64,000 bases of DNA from Anthoceros angustus (GCA_010909165.1 MU008207.1:1-64000), one strand, 5' to 3'; shown: positions 23,721 through 36,994, numbered from the stretch's first letter. Numbers and translations: made by a program. The notes: a model not told the origin generated them from the letters alone.

Positions 23721-25877
23721 GCAGTCAGGTTCACAAGGTACACCACAAGTGGGTATATGCAAAACTGGAAAAGGACGCACCGGTGGCTGGGAATTTCAGG
23801 CGCCTTCGTACAATCCCCTTCCCCACAGTATTAAGGGTCGGGATGGGTGGAGTGGCCACTTTACAGAACCTTGGGCGGGTAGCTTCACAGATCCGACACT
23901 GCTTGTGTGTTGTCTGCGCACCATGGCTCTGATCCTGATGCATAAACTGGACATCGACACTTCTTGTGTGTTGTCTGCAGTACTGCCGGACAGACTTTCA
24001 CTCAATATACGTCCATCCGGCAGAAAGACCAAACGTATCCACCAAACCGACAAGAAACGTGAGCATCTCCTGCAGATGTAAAGTGATGGTAGCAAACACA
24101 CAATTCAACAACATTCACTGAATGTCTATATCCAGGAGAAAAACCAAACATATCCTCCAGACCGACGAGAAAAGTGAGAATCTCCTGCAGATGTTCATCG
24201 CCGTAGCAAACGTTTCCCTTGAGGGAAACCTTCGCCACCAAGTGCAACAAGTTGCTCAGCTATGAGAAGAAATTGCATCAGTGACCCGTAGATCTATACC
24301 TGAGAAATGTATATGAACTTCATGTAGTCATGGACTTGATAGGCCCAAACTATTTCCTTTCTAGAGGACAGGTTGAAGGCCTTGTGGACAGGCCTCAGCG
24401 TACGCAAGCTTGCAGAGCCCTCGTCAAAATTTGCTCAGGACGCCGGATTTGAGTATGACGTAGAGCGTATTGAGAAGGAGAAGACTTGCTCCTGCCCAAG
24501 AACCCATGAGCCACTGGTAACCTGTTGCGCCTCAGGCCCTATAACCCTAAAATTGATCGTTCAGCTTCCAACATTCAATTTGGTTTCTAAAATCTTCGGA
24601 CAAGGGGGTATTTGGTTGTTTAATCGGGCTCTAAATCAGTCCATCCGATCAAGCCTTGAAATATTGCTTGCAAAAACTAAATGGCCACGTACATGTTGAC
24701 ATGGTGAGGGGTTCCTTGCGGTAGGACTTTGAGCAGAAACAGATCCTCTCGCTCATCAGGATGCGTGACATCACGTACATGATCAAGTAGGCTGATGTCT
24801 GTTTATGGTGTGGTGTAGCACCGTCGTCCTCCAAGATACACCTAACCAGGAACTGCCAACCTCTTCTACCCACATCTTTTGGAACTGCTCAACAATCTTG
24901 AGCGTCAGAAGCCCCAGGGTAAGCCAGCTTCCTAAGACCATACAATGACATGTGCAAAAACCATGAAGGTCTTTCGCACACATATCTGCTAACAAACGAT
25001 GTCATTGAAATGCTGACCCACAATCAGACAGTACCGTTTTTGGACCACAGGCTTACTCAACCATTGTAAGGTATGAAAAGTTGGGTCTAGGGTTGCACTT
25101 GATACTGACGAGAGAAATCTCCAATGGGGGCAGTAGGAGACGAATATCATGAAGTGATTCTTGAGCACCTCTTGACTGGAAAGATCGAAGAGTCTCCTAT
25201 ATATCAACAAGATAAGCGCAGATGTGGCTTGTCACTTGGCAGAGGCTTGCACTAATAAAAAATCTGAATTATTCCTGCGCACTGTCCAGTGAGAGCGATT
25301 CAGGTAAGGTTCCCTGCTGAAGTGTAAGAGTGTTTGTGCGGTTCAGTTCCAAAAGTGCTAGTATGCCGAGGACTTTTGCTTGTCACCATGTTGATGCATA
25401 TATGTCCTCCTCCTCGTGAATGATAAACGCAATACATAGCTGTGTGAACCTGGTTGAGCGCTTTGATCAAGATGATCATAGTCCCCTCCAGGTTCACGGT
25501 CTACACGTGCAGAAGGGCAATGCAAGGAAAACCTGTGATGTCCTACAGTGCCTACGCCTACTATTGGCTGGGCCAGCTTGTCACGAATTTACGCAGCTTT
25601 TCTAGTGTTTACAATGATTAATAAAGGGGCATAGGTGCATGTGCAGGGAGATCCCAGTCGGAGAGTCGGCTCGGTTTCAGCAAGGCTCCTAGGCAAGTGG
25701 CAGAGTACTGGAGATGCCTCTGGAGGTCATGCCCATCTCTGTGAATGCAGTGGCACGGGCTTTGAAGACGCGGAATATTGTGCTCGATTGCGATATGATT
25801 TCTACAGTCTCAAGCTGGCCTAGTATATATCAGTCCCAGAATGCGGTGTGTGCAAACTACCCAGCCAGTGCAGAGAC

Positions 25878-28800
25878 ATGGCCAGAATGGCCATGGCCGG
25901 AGGCCTGCTGCTGGTCTTTGTTCTGGTCCTGATTGTGGGGACGCCAGCCTCTGCAGGAAAGGTGATCGTCAGCAACTGCCCAGAAGACTTCAATGTAAGA
26001 ACTCTGTCTGAGCTATGTTTTCATCTCAAGTGCCAGCTTTGTGTGTGAAGGATGCAGTGTGATTGCGTGATGGGTTGTTTCCAGTCATGGCTTCGGTTCT
26101 CAATGACGACGTGATTGAATGCCCCCGCTGCATAAAATTTCGTTGAATGCATTCACACACATTGGTGGCGTGTGTGTGGGGGTATGCAGGTGCAGTCGTG
26201 TGATTTGATATCAGAGCAGGTAGAGGGATCAGGGAGCGTGGGATTGAGGAAGACCTGCTGCATACAGAACCCGGCAGTAGCATCTGCGGCAGGCGAGATT
26301 TCGCTGCCAAACTCGCAGGTGTGCGTGTCGCTCCACTCCCATCCAGGCTACTGCGGTGATTGCACCACCGTTTGCAATGCAGGACATTCGTGCTTTCGGG
26401 GAGGGTGTGTTTCTGCTGCAGCCCTGCCCAATGTCGTGGGCCCGAATCCAAATGCCTCACCTCCACCTCCCCCTCCTCCCTCACCACCTCCCCACCTCCC
26501 TCACCACCTCCCCACCTCCTCACCACCTCCCCTCCTCACCACCTCCCCTCCTCCCTCACCACCTCCCCTCCTCCTCACCACCTCCCTCCTCCTCACCACC
26601 TCCCCTCCTCCCTCACCACCTCCCCTCCTCCCTCACCACCTCCTCCTCACCCCGCCCCTCCTCCCTCACCACCGCCCCTCCTCCCTCACCACCACCCCTC
26701 CTCCCTCACCACCACCCCTCCTCACCACCACCCCTCCTCCTCCCCACCACCCCTCCTCCTCACCACCACCCTCCTCCCTCACCACCACCCCTCCTCCATC
26801 ACCACCACCCCTCCTCCATCACCACCACCACCTCCTCCATCACCACCACCACCTCCTCCACCACCACCCCTCCTCCATCACCACCACCCCTCCTCCATCA
26901 CCACCACCCCTCCTCCCTCACCACCACCACCCTCCTCCGTCACCACCACCCCTCCTCCGTCACCACCACCCCTCCTCCATCACCACCACCCCTCCTCCAT
27001 CACCACCTCCCCTCCTCCCTCACCACCACCCCTCCTCCTCACCACCACCCCTCCTCCCTCACCACCACCCCTCCTCCTCACCACCACCCCTCCTCCCTCA
27101 CCACCGCCCCTCCTCCCTCACCACCGCCCCTCCTCCCTCACCACCGCCCCTCCTCCCTCACCACCACCCCTCCTCACCACCTCCCTCCTCCTCCCTCACC
27201 ACCTCCCTCCTCACCACCTCCCCTCCTCCCTCACCACCTCCCCTCCTCCCTCACCACCTCCCCTCCTCCTCACCACCTCCCCTCCTCCTCTCCACCTCCC
27301 CTCCTCCTCCCGAATCACCTCCCCTCCTCCTCCCGAATCACCTCCCCCTCCTCCCTCACCACCTCCCCTCCTCCTCACCACCTCCCTCCTCCTCCACCTC
27401 CCCTCCTCCTCTCCACCTCCCCTCCTCCTCCACCGCCCCTCCTCCTCCTGCCCCCTCCTCCCTCACCACCCCCTCCTCCCTCACCACCACCCCTCCTCCT
27501 CACCACCTCCCCTCCTCCCTCACCACCTCCCCTCCTCCTCCCCCTCCCCTCCTCCCTCCCCACCCCTCCTCCCTCACCACCTCCCCTCCTCCCTCACCAC
27601 CTCCCCTCCTCCATCACCACCACCACCTCCTCCATCACCACCACCACCTCCTCCACCACCACCCCTCCTCCATCACCACCACCCCTCCTCCATCACCACC
27701 ACCCCTCCTCCCTCACCACCACCACCCTCCTCCGTCACCACCACCCCTCCTCCGTCACCACCACCCCTCCTCCATCACCACCACCCCTCCTCCATCACCA
27801 CCTCCCCTCCTCCCTCACCACCACCCCTCCTCCTCACCACCACCCCTCCTCCCTCACCACCACCCCTCCTCCTCACCACCACCCCTCCTCCCTCACCACC
27901 GCCCCTCCTCCCTCACCACCGCCCCTCCTCCCTCACCACCGCCCCTCCTCCCTCACCACCACCCCTCCTCACCACCTCCCTCCTCCTCCCTCACCACCTC
28001 CCTCCTCACCACCTCCCCTCCTCCCTCACCACCTCCCCTCCTCCCTCACCACCTCCCCTCCTCCTCACCACCTCCCCTCCTCCTCTCCACCTCCCCTCCT
28101 CCTCCCGAATCACCTCCCCTCCTCCTCCCGAATCACCTCCCCCTCCTCCCTCACCACCTCCCCTCCTCCTCACCACCTCCCTCCTCCTCCACCTCCCCTC
28201 CTCCTCTCCACCTCCCCTCCTCCCTCCACCGCCCCTCCTCCCTCACCACCTCCTCCCTCACCACCGCCCCTCCTCCCTCACCACCACCCCTCCTCCCTCA
28301 CCACCTCCCCTCCTCCCTCACCACCTCCCCCTCCTCCCTCACCACCTCCCCTCCTCCCTCACCACCTCCCCTCCTCCCTCACCACCTCCCCTCCTCCTCA
28401 CCACCTCCCCTCCTCCTCTCCACCTCCCCTCCTCCTCCAGAATCACCTCCCCTCCTCCTCCAGAATCACCTCCCCCTCCTCCCTCACCACCTCCCCTCCT
28501 CCCTCACCTCCCCTCCTCCTCTCCACCTCCCCTCCTCCTCCACCTCCCCTCCTCCTCTCCACCGCCCCTCCTCCTCTCCACCTCCCCTCCTCCTCCCAGA
28601 TCACCTCCCCCACCTCCCAGATCACCTCCCCTCCTCCTCCCGAATCACCACCCCTCCTCCTCCCAGATCACCCCTCCTCCTCTTGAATCACCACCACCTC
28701 CTCCTCCCGAATCACCACCACCTCCTCCTCCCGAATCACCACCACCTCCTCCTCCCGAATCACCACCACCTCCTGCTCCCAGATCACCACCACCTCCTGC

Positions 28801-30516
28801 TCCTCCTTCACCACCACCACCCCTCCTCCCCTCACCACCACCACCCCTCCTCCCCTCACCACCACCTCCCCTCCTCCCGAATCACCACCTCCCCCTCCTC
28901 CGGAGTCACCACCACCTCCTCCTCCCGAATCACCACCACCTCCTCCTCCCGAGTCACCACCTCCCCCTGCTCCGGAGTCACCACCACCTCCTCCTCCCGA
29001 ATCACCTCCACCACCTGCTCCGGAGTCACCACCTCCTCCTCCAGAATCACCACCTCCACCCCCTCCAGAGTCACCACCTCCTCCTCCTCCAGAGTCACCA
29101 CCGCCTCCTCCTCCCGAGTCTCCACCTCCTCCTCCTCCCGAGTCTCCACCTCCTCCTCCTCCCGAGTCTCCACCTCCTCCTCCTCCCGAGTCTCCACCTC
29201 CTCCTCCTCCCGGGTCACCACCCCCTCCTGCTCCAGAGTCACCACCTCCTCCTCCTGCTCCAGAGTCACCACCTCTTGCTGCTGCTCCAGAGTCACCACC
29301 GCCTCCTCCTCCCGAGTCTCCACCACCTCCCTCTCCTTCGCGGCTACCTCCCCCTCCTCCAGTTTATGCTCCACCACTACCACTACCACCTCCACCTCCT
29401 CCAATCGAGGTCCCTGCCCCTTCACCATCTCCTTCAGTCAACACCAGTGCAACCCCGCCTCCTCCCCCAGTTAATGCTCCACCACCACAGCAACCACCGC
29501 CACCACTACCACTGCCCCCACCTCCTCCTCCTGTCCAGGTGCCTGCCCCTTCACCATCACCTTCAAACCACACTAACCCACCTCTTTCTCCTCCTCCTTC
29601 TCCTCCAGTCGAGGTGTTTGCCCCTGCACCATCTCCTTCAGTCCAGGCCAGTCCACCACCACCTCCTCCTCCTCCAGTCGAGGTGTTTGCCCCTGCACCA
29701 TCTCCTTCAGTCCAGGGCAATCCACCACCACCTCCTCCTCTTTCGCCACAAGTTTACCAATCATCTCCTCCTCCTCCTCCACCACCAAATTACCAATCAC
29801 CTCCTCCTCCTCCTCCACCAGTTTCCCAATTACCTCCTCCTCCACTAGTTTACCAATCACCTCCCCCTCCTCCGGCTAACCCATCATCACCTCCTCCCGC
29901 TCCACCGGTTTACCGATCATCACCTCCTCCCCACCACCGGCAGTTTACCAATCACCTCCTCCCCACCACCGCCAGTTTACCGATCACCTCCACCTCCTCC
30001 TCCGCCTGTTTACAAATCACCTCCTCCACCCCCGCCAGTCTACAAATCGCCTCCACCACCCCCGCCAGTCTATAAATCGCCTCCACCACCCCCTCCAGTC
30101 TACAAATCACCTCCACCACCACCACCAGTTTATAAGTCACCTCCACCGCCACCACCATTGTACAAGTCACCGCCACCACCACCAGTATACAGATCACCTC
30201 CTCCACCGACTCCGAAACCATCTCCTCCTCCTCCTTCATCACCACTGAAATCACCACCACCACCACCTCCCAAAAAAAGCCCTCCCCCTCCTTCTCCGCC
30301 ACCACCACAGCTGTCACCTCCTCCTCCTCCACCACCTAAGACATCTCCGCCTCCTCCACATAAGAAATCTCCGCCTCCTCCACATCAGAAATCTCCGCCT
30401 CCTCCACATAAGAAATCTCCGCCTCCCCCACCACCACCCAAGAAACCTTGCCCCTCCTCCCCTCCTCCGCCTCCTCCCCTCCTCCTTCAAAAAAGCCACC
30501 ACCTCCTTCTGAATAG
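25878..30516 (+). CDS. Secreted chimeric extensin (HRGP) with an N-terminal STIG1-like Cys-rich domain; exon 1 25878-25994, exon 2 from 26190; the repeat region carries apparent frameshifts
   Basis: Signal peptide MARMAMAGGLLLVFVLVLIVGTPASAG and a phase-0 GT-AG intron. Cys pattern CC..C..H..CGDCTTVC..GHSC..GGCV. Then more than 1000 codons of SPPP/SPPPP, ESPPPP, VYQ/YKSPPPP and SPPPPHKK repeats. Probable stop TAG at 30514-30516. Confidence 0.85.
26455..30510 (+). repeat. Low-complexity CCT/CCA/TCA (Ser-Pro n) coding repeat with an internal ~830-bp duplicated block
   Basis: C-rich triplet repeats. The block at about 26770-27430 recurs at about 27600-28220. Confidence 0.9.
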
Positions 30517-31319
30517 TGCCTGACGAGCCTCATTTCCACGGAAAGAGAAGTTCAACTAAAGCTTGCCCAACATGAAGATTGATGCCTCTTCTAGACTCAA
30601 AATCAGTTTGTAGGGGCATCAATCTGATCCACTTTGTGATCCAGACAGTTTGTAGGACATAGCTGAAAAGAAGACAGCAGTCTGCCTGAAATACCGGATC
30701 AGAGGAGCACAGGGCAGCATCAGGGCTACTGAGCTTGCTGATGCTAATGCAACTGGAGAAGTTCCAGGAACGCATGCCAATTTAAACTGTAACGGCTTCC
30801 TCTCTGGTCTTGAACCGATTAATTCATCAATGCCTGCTGTTGTCCAGCTTGACATCTGATCGCACCAGTTCAGAGCTAGAACAGACACGGTCACGGATAG
30901 CGAATCCTGTTTGTTGACACTAGAGCTAGCTTCTCAGCATGCCCGCAAAGCACACATTCCTTTTCCTTCCCACCAGCGCCTTCAACACCAACTTCGTCTG
31001 TCTTCCTGCTGCGGCCGCTCAATTTGTGCTCTCCACCTGAAGCGCAATGTCGTCTGTCCTTTCTCCTACCACACTTGTTTGTATGTACCTGCTGCTGCAC
31101 CTCAATGCCCGCCACTGCAGGTTTCTAACCAGCTCCTGCTACCATTCTTATTAGCTCTCGCTGCGGGTTTCTTGATAGCTCCTGTTGCCATTCTTGTCAG
31201 CTCTTGCTACCTGCCCACGACCCTACGTTGGTCCTCACATGACAACAGCATGTTCTCAGCCTCGTGTTCTCGCGCAAGAGAAAAAACTATGCAATTGCGA
31301 TGCTCAACGGTAGGTTTGA

Positions 31320-32050
31320 TACAATGCTTTTCAGCCATGGAATCAAAGTGCTTACGATCCTCATCTACCAGTCCCTCGTGCTACTAGAAGGCAAGTAAGA
31401 GTAGCATCATCAGGCTGAACACCTGCAACTAACATCTCCTCAAAACAAGCTACTGCGTTGTGACCCTCACCGCAAGCATCATATCCACATATCAGAGCTA
31501 CCATATCACCACATCCTTTGCGGTCAAGCTGTCGAAGACCCTGCGCGCACCTTGCAGTTCGCCACATACATGTCCACCAGGGAGGTGCCAACCAGTGTTA
31601 TGTCGTCTAGCAGTCCTCTTTCCAAAATCCGTGAGAGCAGCTGCCTCCCCCTTCGCTTCCTCAAACACCAACGCTTCCTCGCGCAGGCCTTCAGAAGGCA
31701 AGCAAAAGTAATATGGTTATCCTCAATCAGGCCCTCCTGCTCCATTTGTCCACACAGAACAAGGGCCTTTTGGCCGAGCCTTTGCCGTGCATACCCAGCA
31801 ATATCAGGGTGATCCATGTCCAGAACCTTTCTGGCCCCGCTGCCACAAACGTGGCGTGCATCTCTCAGTTCGCCAACATTTTGCATACATGTCCAAACCA
31901 GGCAGCTGGTCCAAGACTGTGTCATGCAGCTATATTCTTTTCACATTCTGCGAGTGCAGATGCCTGCCCTTCTGTACGGCACCAACGCTTGCACAGACCT
32001 CGAGAAGGCAAGCAAAAGTAAGATGATCACCCACAATCAAGCCCTTCTCC
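31320..32050 (-). pseudogene. PLS-class pentatricopeptide-repeat (PPR) gene fragment
   Basis: Motifs ARRVFDSLTAKDVVIW, ALICGY...A..CFEEML..GVQPDDATLTCLL and ITFACLLKAC...VGTSLVDMY, scattered over different frames. Confidence 0.8.
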
Positions 32051-32302
32051 TGAAGAAGATGGGGCGCACAATAAACGGTTGAGGCCGTGGCAGGAACAGA
32101 AACCGCCCAAATTCTCTGCCACTTGATCTCAGCCAGAGGGCATGCTATGCACTCTTCTCTTCATTGCACACCTTCGATTGTATGCTTTGCCTGCAACCCA
32201 ACCATACCATCTTCATTCTTCTTCTTCTTCTTCGAGACCAGTCTCCACATTTTGGCTTGTTTTCGTAAGGAAAGGAGGTGTGGAGCTGGACCGGCAATAT
32301 CC

Positions 32303-34106
32303 ATGGAATTCCAGGTAGGTCTAGCTCGTCCCGTACGCAAAACAGTAAAGAAGTCTGACGAAGTGACCTTATCGTGTTTTGTCGTTTGCCTCTTTTCGGC
32401 GGCAGGAGCGACAGGAAGAGGTGGAGGAGGACGAGGACGAGGAGGACGAGGAGGAAGCGAAGGAAGCTCAGGCCCGCGATGCAGCAGGAGCAGGAGCAGG
32501 AAGTGCAATGGAGAACGGAACAGTGGTGGAGAAGACACGCTTCAGCCGCATAGTGGCGGAAGGGGAGAAGCAGCAGCAGCACGTGGTGGTGGTGGAGAGC
32601 GGGTGGCCAGTCCACCAGCTGCAGCACCACAGGCAGCTGCAGCAGCACCACCTGGAGGCGGGCAATCCCTATTCCCAGAATTCCCAGTCCCCGACCCGCT
32701 CCTTGGACAGATCACGCTCAACCGGCAGGCGCGGAGCCCGGAGATGGGAGAAGGTGCAGCCGAGCTGGAACTGGAGCTGCAACTGCCGCCCGCTCCTTCT
32801 CTGCTGCTTCTTCCTGATGATGCTGGTCTTCCCCACGCTGCAGTGGCTGCTCTCCTTCCCCCCGCCCAGCTTCAAGCGCCGTTCTCCCCCGGCATGCAAG
32901 GACCAGGCCAATGCCAGGGCGGGCTACGTTGTGTCTGATTCCGCAGTCTGCACAGACGCGTGCGGGAAGGTCTGCTTCCCCCGAATCCGAGGCCTTTGCA
33001 TCGCCCACAACCGGGTCACGGTCTGCGGGAAGGTGCACCCCGGAACCCAGCTCCCGGCCAGCCTCCGGCTCTCCACTCTGGGGACGCCACGGGCCAAGGT
33101 TCTCGTGCGGAGAGGAAGCTGCCCGGAACCAGACAGGGCGGATTGGATCCGCGGAACCCACATGGTGGCGGACCTGAAGATGATGCCGGTCGGGCCTGGC
33201 CTCGGCCCGAACCCGCACCACGAGGCGGAGAAGGTCATCCCTGCCATCCTACTGTCGCATCTCTACGGACTCAACAAATCCAAGCTCTTCTGGTTCGCAG
33301 ACCCATCGGATCCCAGCTCCATTTCCCGCTGGTCTAAGGGGCTGTTGGAGGCGTTTTCTGAGGGCCTGGAAGTGGAATTCCTGGACGTGCCGGGGCCCGG
33401 GGAGAGGGCGGTGTGTTTCGAGGATGCTGTGCTCTTCTCTGGGCTTACCAATGCCGGGTATGTCCCCGGGGCTGAGGCAAACGACTGGCTTCGGGAGCGG
33501 GTTCTGGGATACTGCGGGGTGGCCGGGAAGGCGGCGCAGAGGCCGCTGGAGGACGTCGTGTTGGTGAGACGCAGCAATTCGTCTCGACCCATTGCGAATT
33601 TGCAGGACGTGGCGGATGTGCTGCAGAAGGAGCTGGTGGTGGGCGTGCGGCACGTCACCAGCGGGGTTGGTGGGTTCTGCGACCAGGTTAGGGTTGTGGC
33701 GGAGGCGGATTTCCTGCTCACTCCTCACGGGAGCCACAACGTCAATGTGCTCTTTGCTAGGCCTCAGGCTACCGTGTTCGAGGCGTTCCCGTTCTTGTAC
33801 TACATTGATTGGTTCAGGAACTATGTGCATGCTGCGGGGCTGAACCACTACGAGCTGTACGGGACCTGGCCCTCGGAGGAGGGAGGCATGCCGTTCAAGA
33901 TGAGGGTTTTTGCGTTGCTGGTGGGCTGGCGGCGTTGCTTCTCTGTCAAGCAGTGCATGAACTACGCCAAGGGGCAGAGGATTTTTGTGGATCTGGAGCA
34001 GCTGGAGTCCGAGCTGCACAAGCTCACCATGACGTGCAGGATTGCTGTGAAAGATTCCTGGTGTCAGACTACGGCTGCATGGAATGCCGACCTCGTAGTG
34101 GGGTGA
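32303..34106 (+). CDS. Glycosyltransferase family 61 (DUF563) type-II membrane protein; 12-nt first exon 32303-32314 plus exon 32406-34106 (alternative start ATG 32508)
   Basis: Single TM segment LLLCCFFLMMLVFPTLQWLL. GT61-type motifs VCFEDAVL, VRRSNSSRPIAN..DV and QVRVVAEADFLLTPHGSHNVNVLFARP..VFE. In-frame GT-AG intron at 32315-32405. Confidence 0.8.
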
Positions 34107-34969
34107 TTTGGATGAGAAGATGTATGCGAATGAAGCCATATTCGCTCTCTTTCTGGATAACATGAGGCATCGAGAAGCTGGATGGGTGGCTCAGGGTTGC
34201 TGTCCTGGACACATGTTTAGCAGGTGGAACACATTTCATTCCTTGTGTATCAAGTGCTACAATGGTGGCAAATGCTCCTTGTGCACATTTTTCTGAGCCT
34301 CATGGTGGTGGAGAGTCTTGTTGTTGAAAGACGATGTGAGTTGGTGATTGGACAACCCTAAAGCGGTCATGGAATGGAACACATCAGCAGCAGGGTGAGC
34401 GGATTTTTCCTACTTACCAGGGCTTTGAGAACTCGTTCTTTACCTCGACTGAGCAAACGAACTCGTGCATTCAAATGTCTCAGTGGTGTTGACAAGGCAC
34501 TAATTTTGTGAACTTTTACCATACATCGGACTTGTCTTGTCTTACTGCTTGCTATCCCTGCCTTTGTTGCCCAACAGTTCACTTCACTTCAGTGAGCCAG
34601 TGCGGACTATCGCAACTATTTCATCAGCTCATGCATGCGCATGCTGAACAGCGCAAGAGAGAGGTATGCTCTGCTTGTATGAGTTTGTTTTGGTACCTTC
34701 CTCGGAAGAATGCGGTCTCTTATCCCTTATCTGGTGGCAGATATTGAAGCAGCAGAGTGGGCAAGGAATGCGAAGGTAGAAAGAATGGTGCGCGAAAATT
34801 ATGAATGGGCACACACGGTTTTCTAAAACTTTATCAGTAGCAGACCGATGTCTAATTTAATAATTCTAAAATGTGAAGTCTAATTAGCAGCATTTAATTC
34901 TGCGCCTAATTATGACCACTCCGGAATGTGTAATGTGTAAAGGTGGAACTGTGAAAGCAAGTGTACAAG

Positions 34970-36434
34970 TTATCCACCCAACGCGCCATTGTCCTCTGCA
35001 CCTACTTCAACTATCTGGCTAGGATCTATCGCCGCAGCTTGCTCTCTGCCATGCATTGTGAAGTACACCTTGACCTGCCACAGTTGCGACATCAGCACCT
35101 CGTTCGGTTCGGACCCTACGAGCAACCTCTACCAGCATTGACCGGAATTTAAGACAAACATCCGTCCATACCTTCTCCCCCTTCTTAGGAGACTGTACAA
35201 CAACGCCGGTGAAGTCTTGGAAAGGCCCGGAGATGGCCATGATCCTGTCTCCCACACGAAATGGTTTCAACACCGGCACAGGCGCTCGATTCGTCTCGAG
35301 CATCTGTTGCATCTTCATCCTCTCCCTGTCTTCCTTAGCTTGCCTCCTCTTATCGGCCGCAATCGCTTTCGCTTCTTCTTTCTTGCGCTCCTTCTCCTCG
35401 GCCTTTATCTCCTCTACCCTCTGCCTATCTACTTCAGCCTCCTTCCAATCGGCTTCTGCCTTTCTCACTTGCTCTAAAATATCCTCGATCTGGTTAATGG
35501 ACACAGGGGCCGGCATTATGCGGTCCAGGTACCTGCAAGAGAAGAAAAATAAAATCACCGCCTTGCAGCAAGCAAGAAAAACCTGTGCTCACTCCCCTCC
35601 CTCCTGCCAGGGAGGAAGCGACAGCCAAACCACTCCCATCCAGAGCGGAACCAGCACAACGGGGAAAACGCAGACTTACGATGGCCCGGCCTTATGTCCG
35701 AAGAAATCCATGACATTGTACGTCCTGGCAAAGAAGTTGTACTTGTCCCTGTTAAGAACGCAGCGAATGAGAACGATGCACGGGAACAGCCTCTTCCTTC
35801 CATCGAAATAAGCTCCTCCTCTCCCAGCCTTCCCGCAAGGAACCGAGGGCACCAGAACCTGCACCGATATTTTACCGCAGGCTCTGTAAAACAGGTCGGG
35901 ATCTGATAAGAGCAGCGCTCCCTCCGCCTATCCGGACCAGCAAAAACGTAACAGCAAACAATCCAAATCCACACCACACCACGGCGATGGTGATGGCATG
36001 CTCTGCTAAGCCGGCCGAATCCTCACCTCAAAGTGCTCTCCCGGAAATCGTTCGGGGAATTCAGCCTCAAAATAATCAGCCAGCTCCTTCTCCTTGTTCT
36101 TAAACACCTGCAGCATCCACCATCTGAGCCCCTGCTCAGCCAGCCGATTGGTGTCCAGCTCCTGCTCCCAGCCTTGAAGCTTCTTCTTCTTCACATCCAG
36201 CCTCCTCTCCACCTCCTCCCTCCAGTTCTCCCGAGACGTTTTAAGCTCCTCCCGCCGTGCATTCCTCTGCTTCCTCCTCTCCCGACCTGACAGGCTCAGG
36301 CTCTCACTCTCCAAGCTCGTGTCTGCGGAAGCTGCCAGGCAGCACACCACATCTCCGCTCCGCCTGATGCCGCAGGCTCCTGCCGCACCGACTGGAATCA
36401 CAGTCAGGCAAGGCATGGCGGCTGCAGCTGGCAT
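34970..36434 (-). CDS. PTAC13: Plastid-targeted NusG-like transcription factor (pTAC13-like); exons 36434-36027, 35858-35680, 35532-35172, 35074-34970
   Basis: Transit-peptide-like N-terminus, NGN domain (RWWMLQV...EVLVP...KRLFP.IVLIRC) and KOW motif FRVGDRIMAISGPFQDFTGVV...KVKVYFTMHGRE. All three GT-AG introns join in frame. Confidence 0.88.
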
Positions 36435-36994
36435 CGATGCATCCGATGGATCGATCACCAAGCAGCAGCAATCAGCGATGGTCCATGGAGCGGAGATCGG
36501 GTGCGCTGCCAGATCTCGGTAACGACCCTAGGAACGGTGTTTCCAGTACGCAGTGTGAAATGACACATCTCGGAACGGGTTTCTTTTTTCTTATGTAGCT
36601 ACATGTCTATATTTGTGTAAATTTAATTGTGTCCAGCGCCGTTGAATACGGAAGGTTCAGGACCGGGGGGCAGGGAGGAAGGACATATTCCAAGGCCATG
36701 GCGGCCGGGCCTTCGAATGTCTGATGGACGGCACGGGTTTTCGGGGCTGGAGGTGGCTGTGGCAGGGAGCCGTGCCCCAACGCAATGGAGCCTTGCCCGC
36801 GGGGGAGATGGGTGAGTGCGTGTCACGGAAGATGGATTGCCCGTTTTGAGACTGATGTTCAGCTGTTGTTTTTTTGCCAAATTTGTTCAGTCTTTGTTGA
36901 AAACGTGAAACTTGTTTGCAGGTTGAGGGAGCCGGCGAGGAATGAGTTTTGAGCCATCGCACATGTTTTGTTGACTGGGGGCGGAGGCTGCAGA

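Noticed and set aside
26172-29848. Three overlapping 776-1162-aa ORFs and His/Leu-rich or Glu/Val-rich antisense ORFs as separate proteins
   Set aside because: C-rich Ser-Pro repeats lack stops in all frames. The SPn register hops between frames, indicating one extensin gene with indels.
33249-34163. 304-aa antisense ORF over GT61 (and similar shadows over the subtilases and NusG)
   Set aside because: These are expected by-products of GC-rich codon usage on the opposite strand of real genes.
34970-36434. Bacterial contamination or recent HGT of nusG
   Set aside because: The gene has spliceosomal introns and a transit-peptide-like N-terminus, matching the standard nuclear-encoded plastid NusG of plants.
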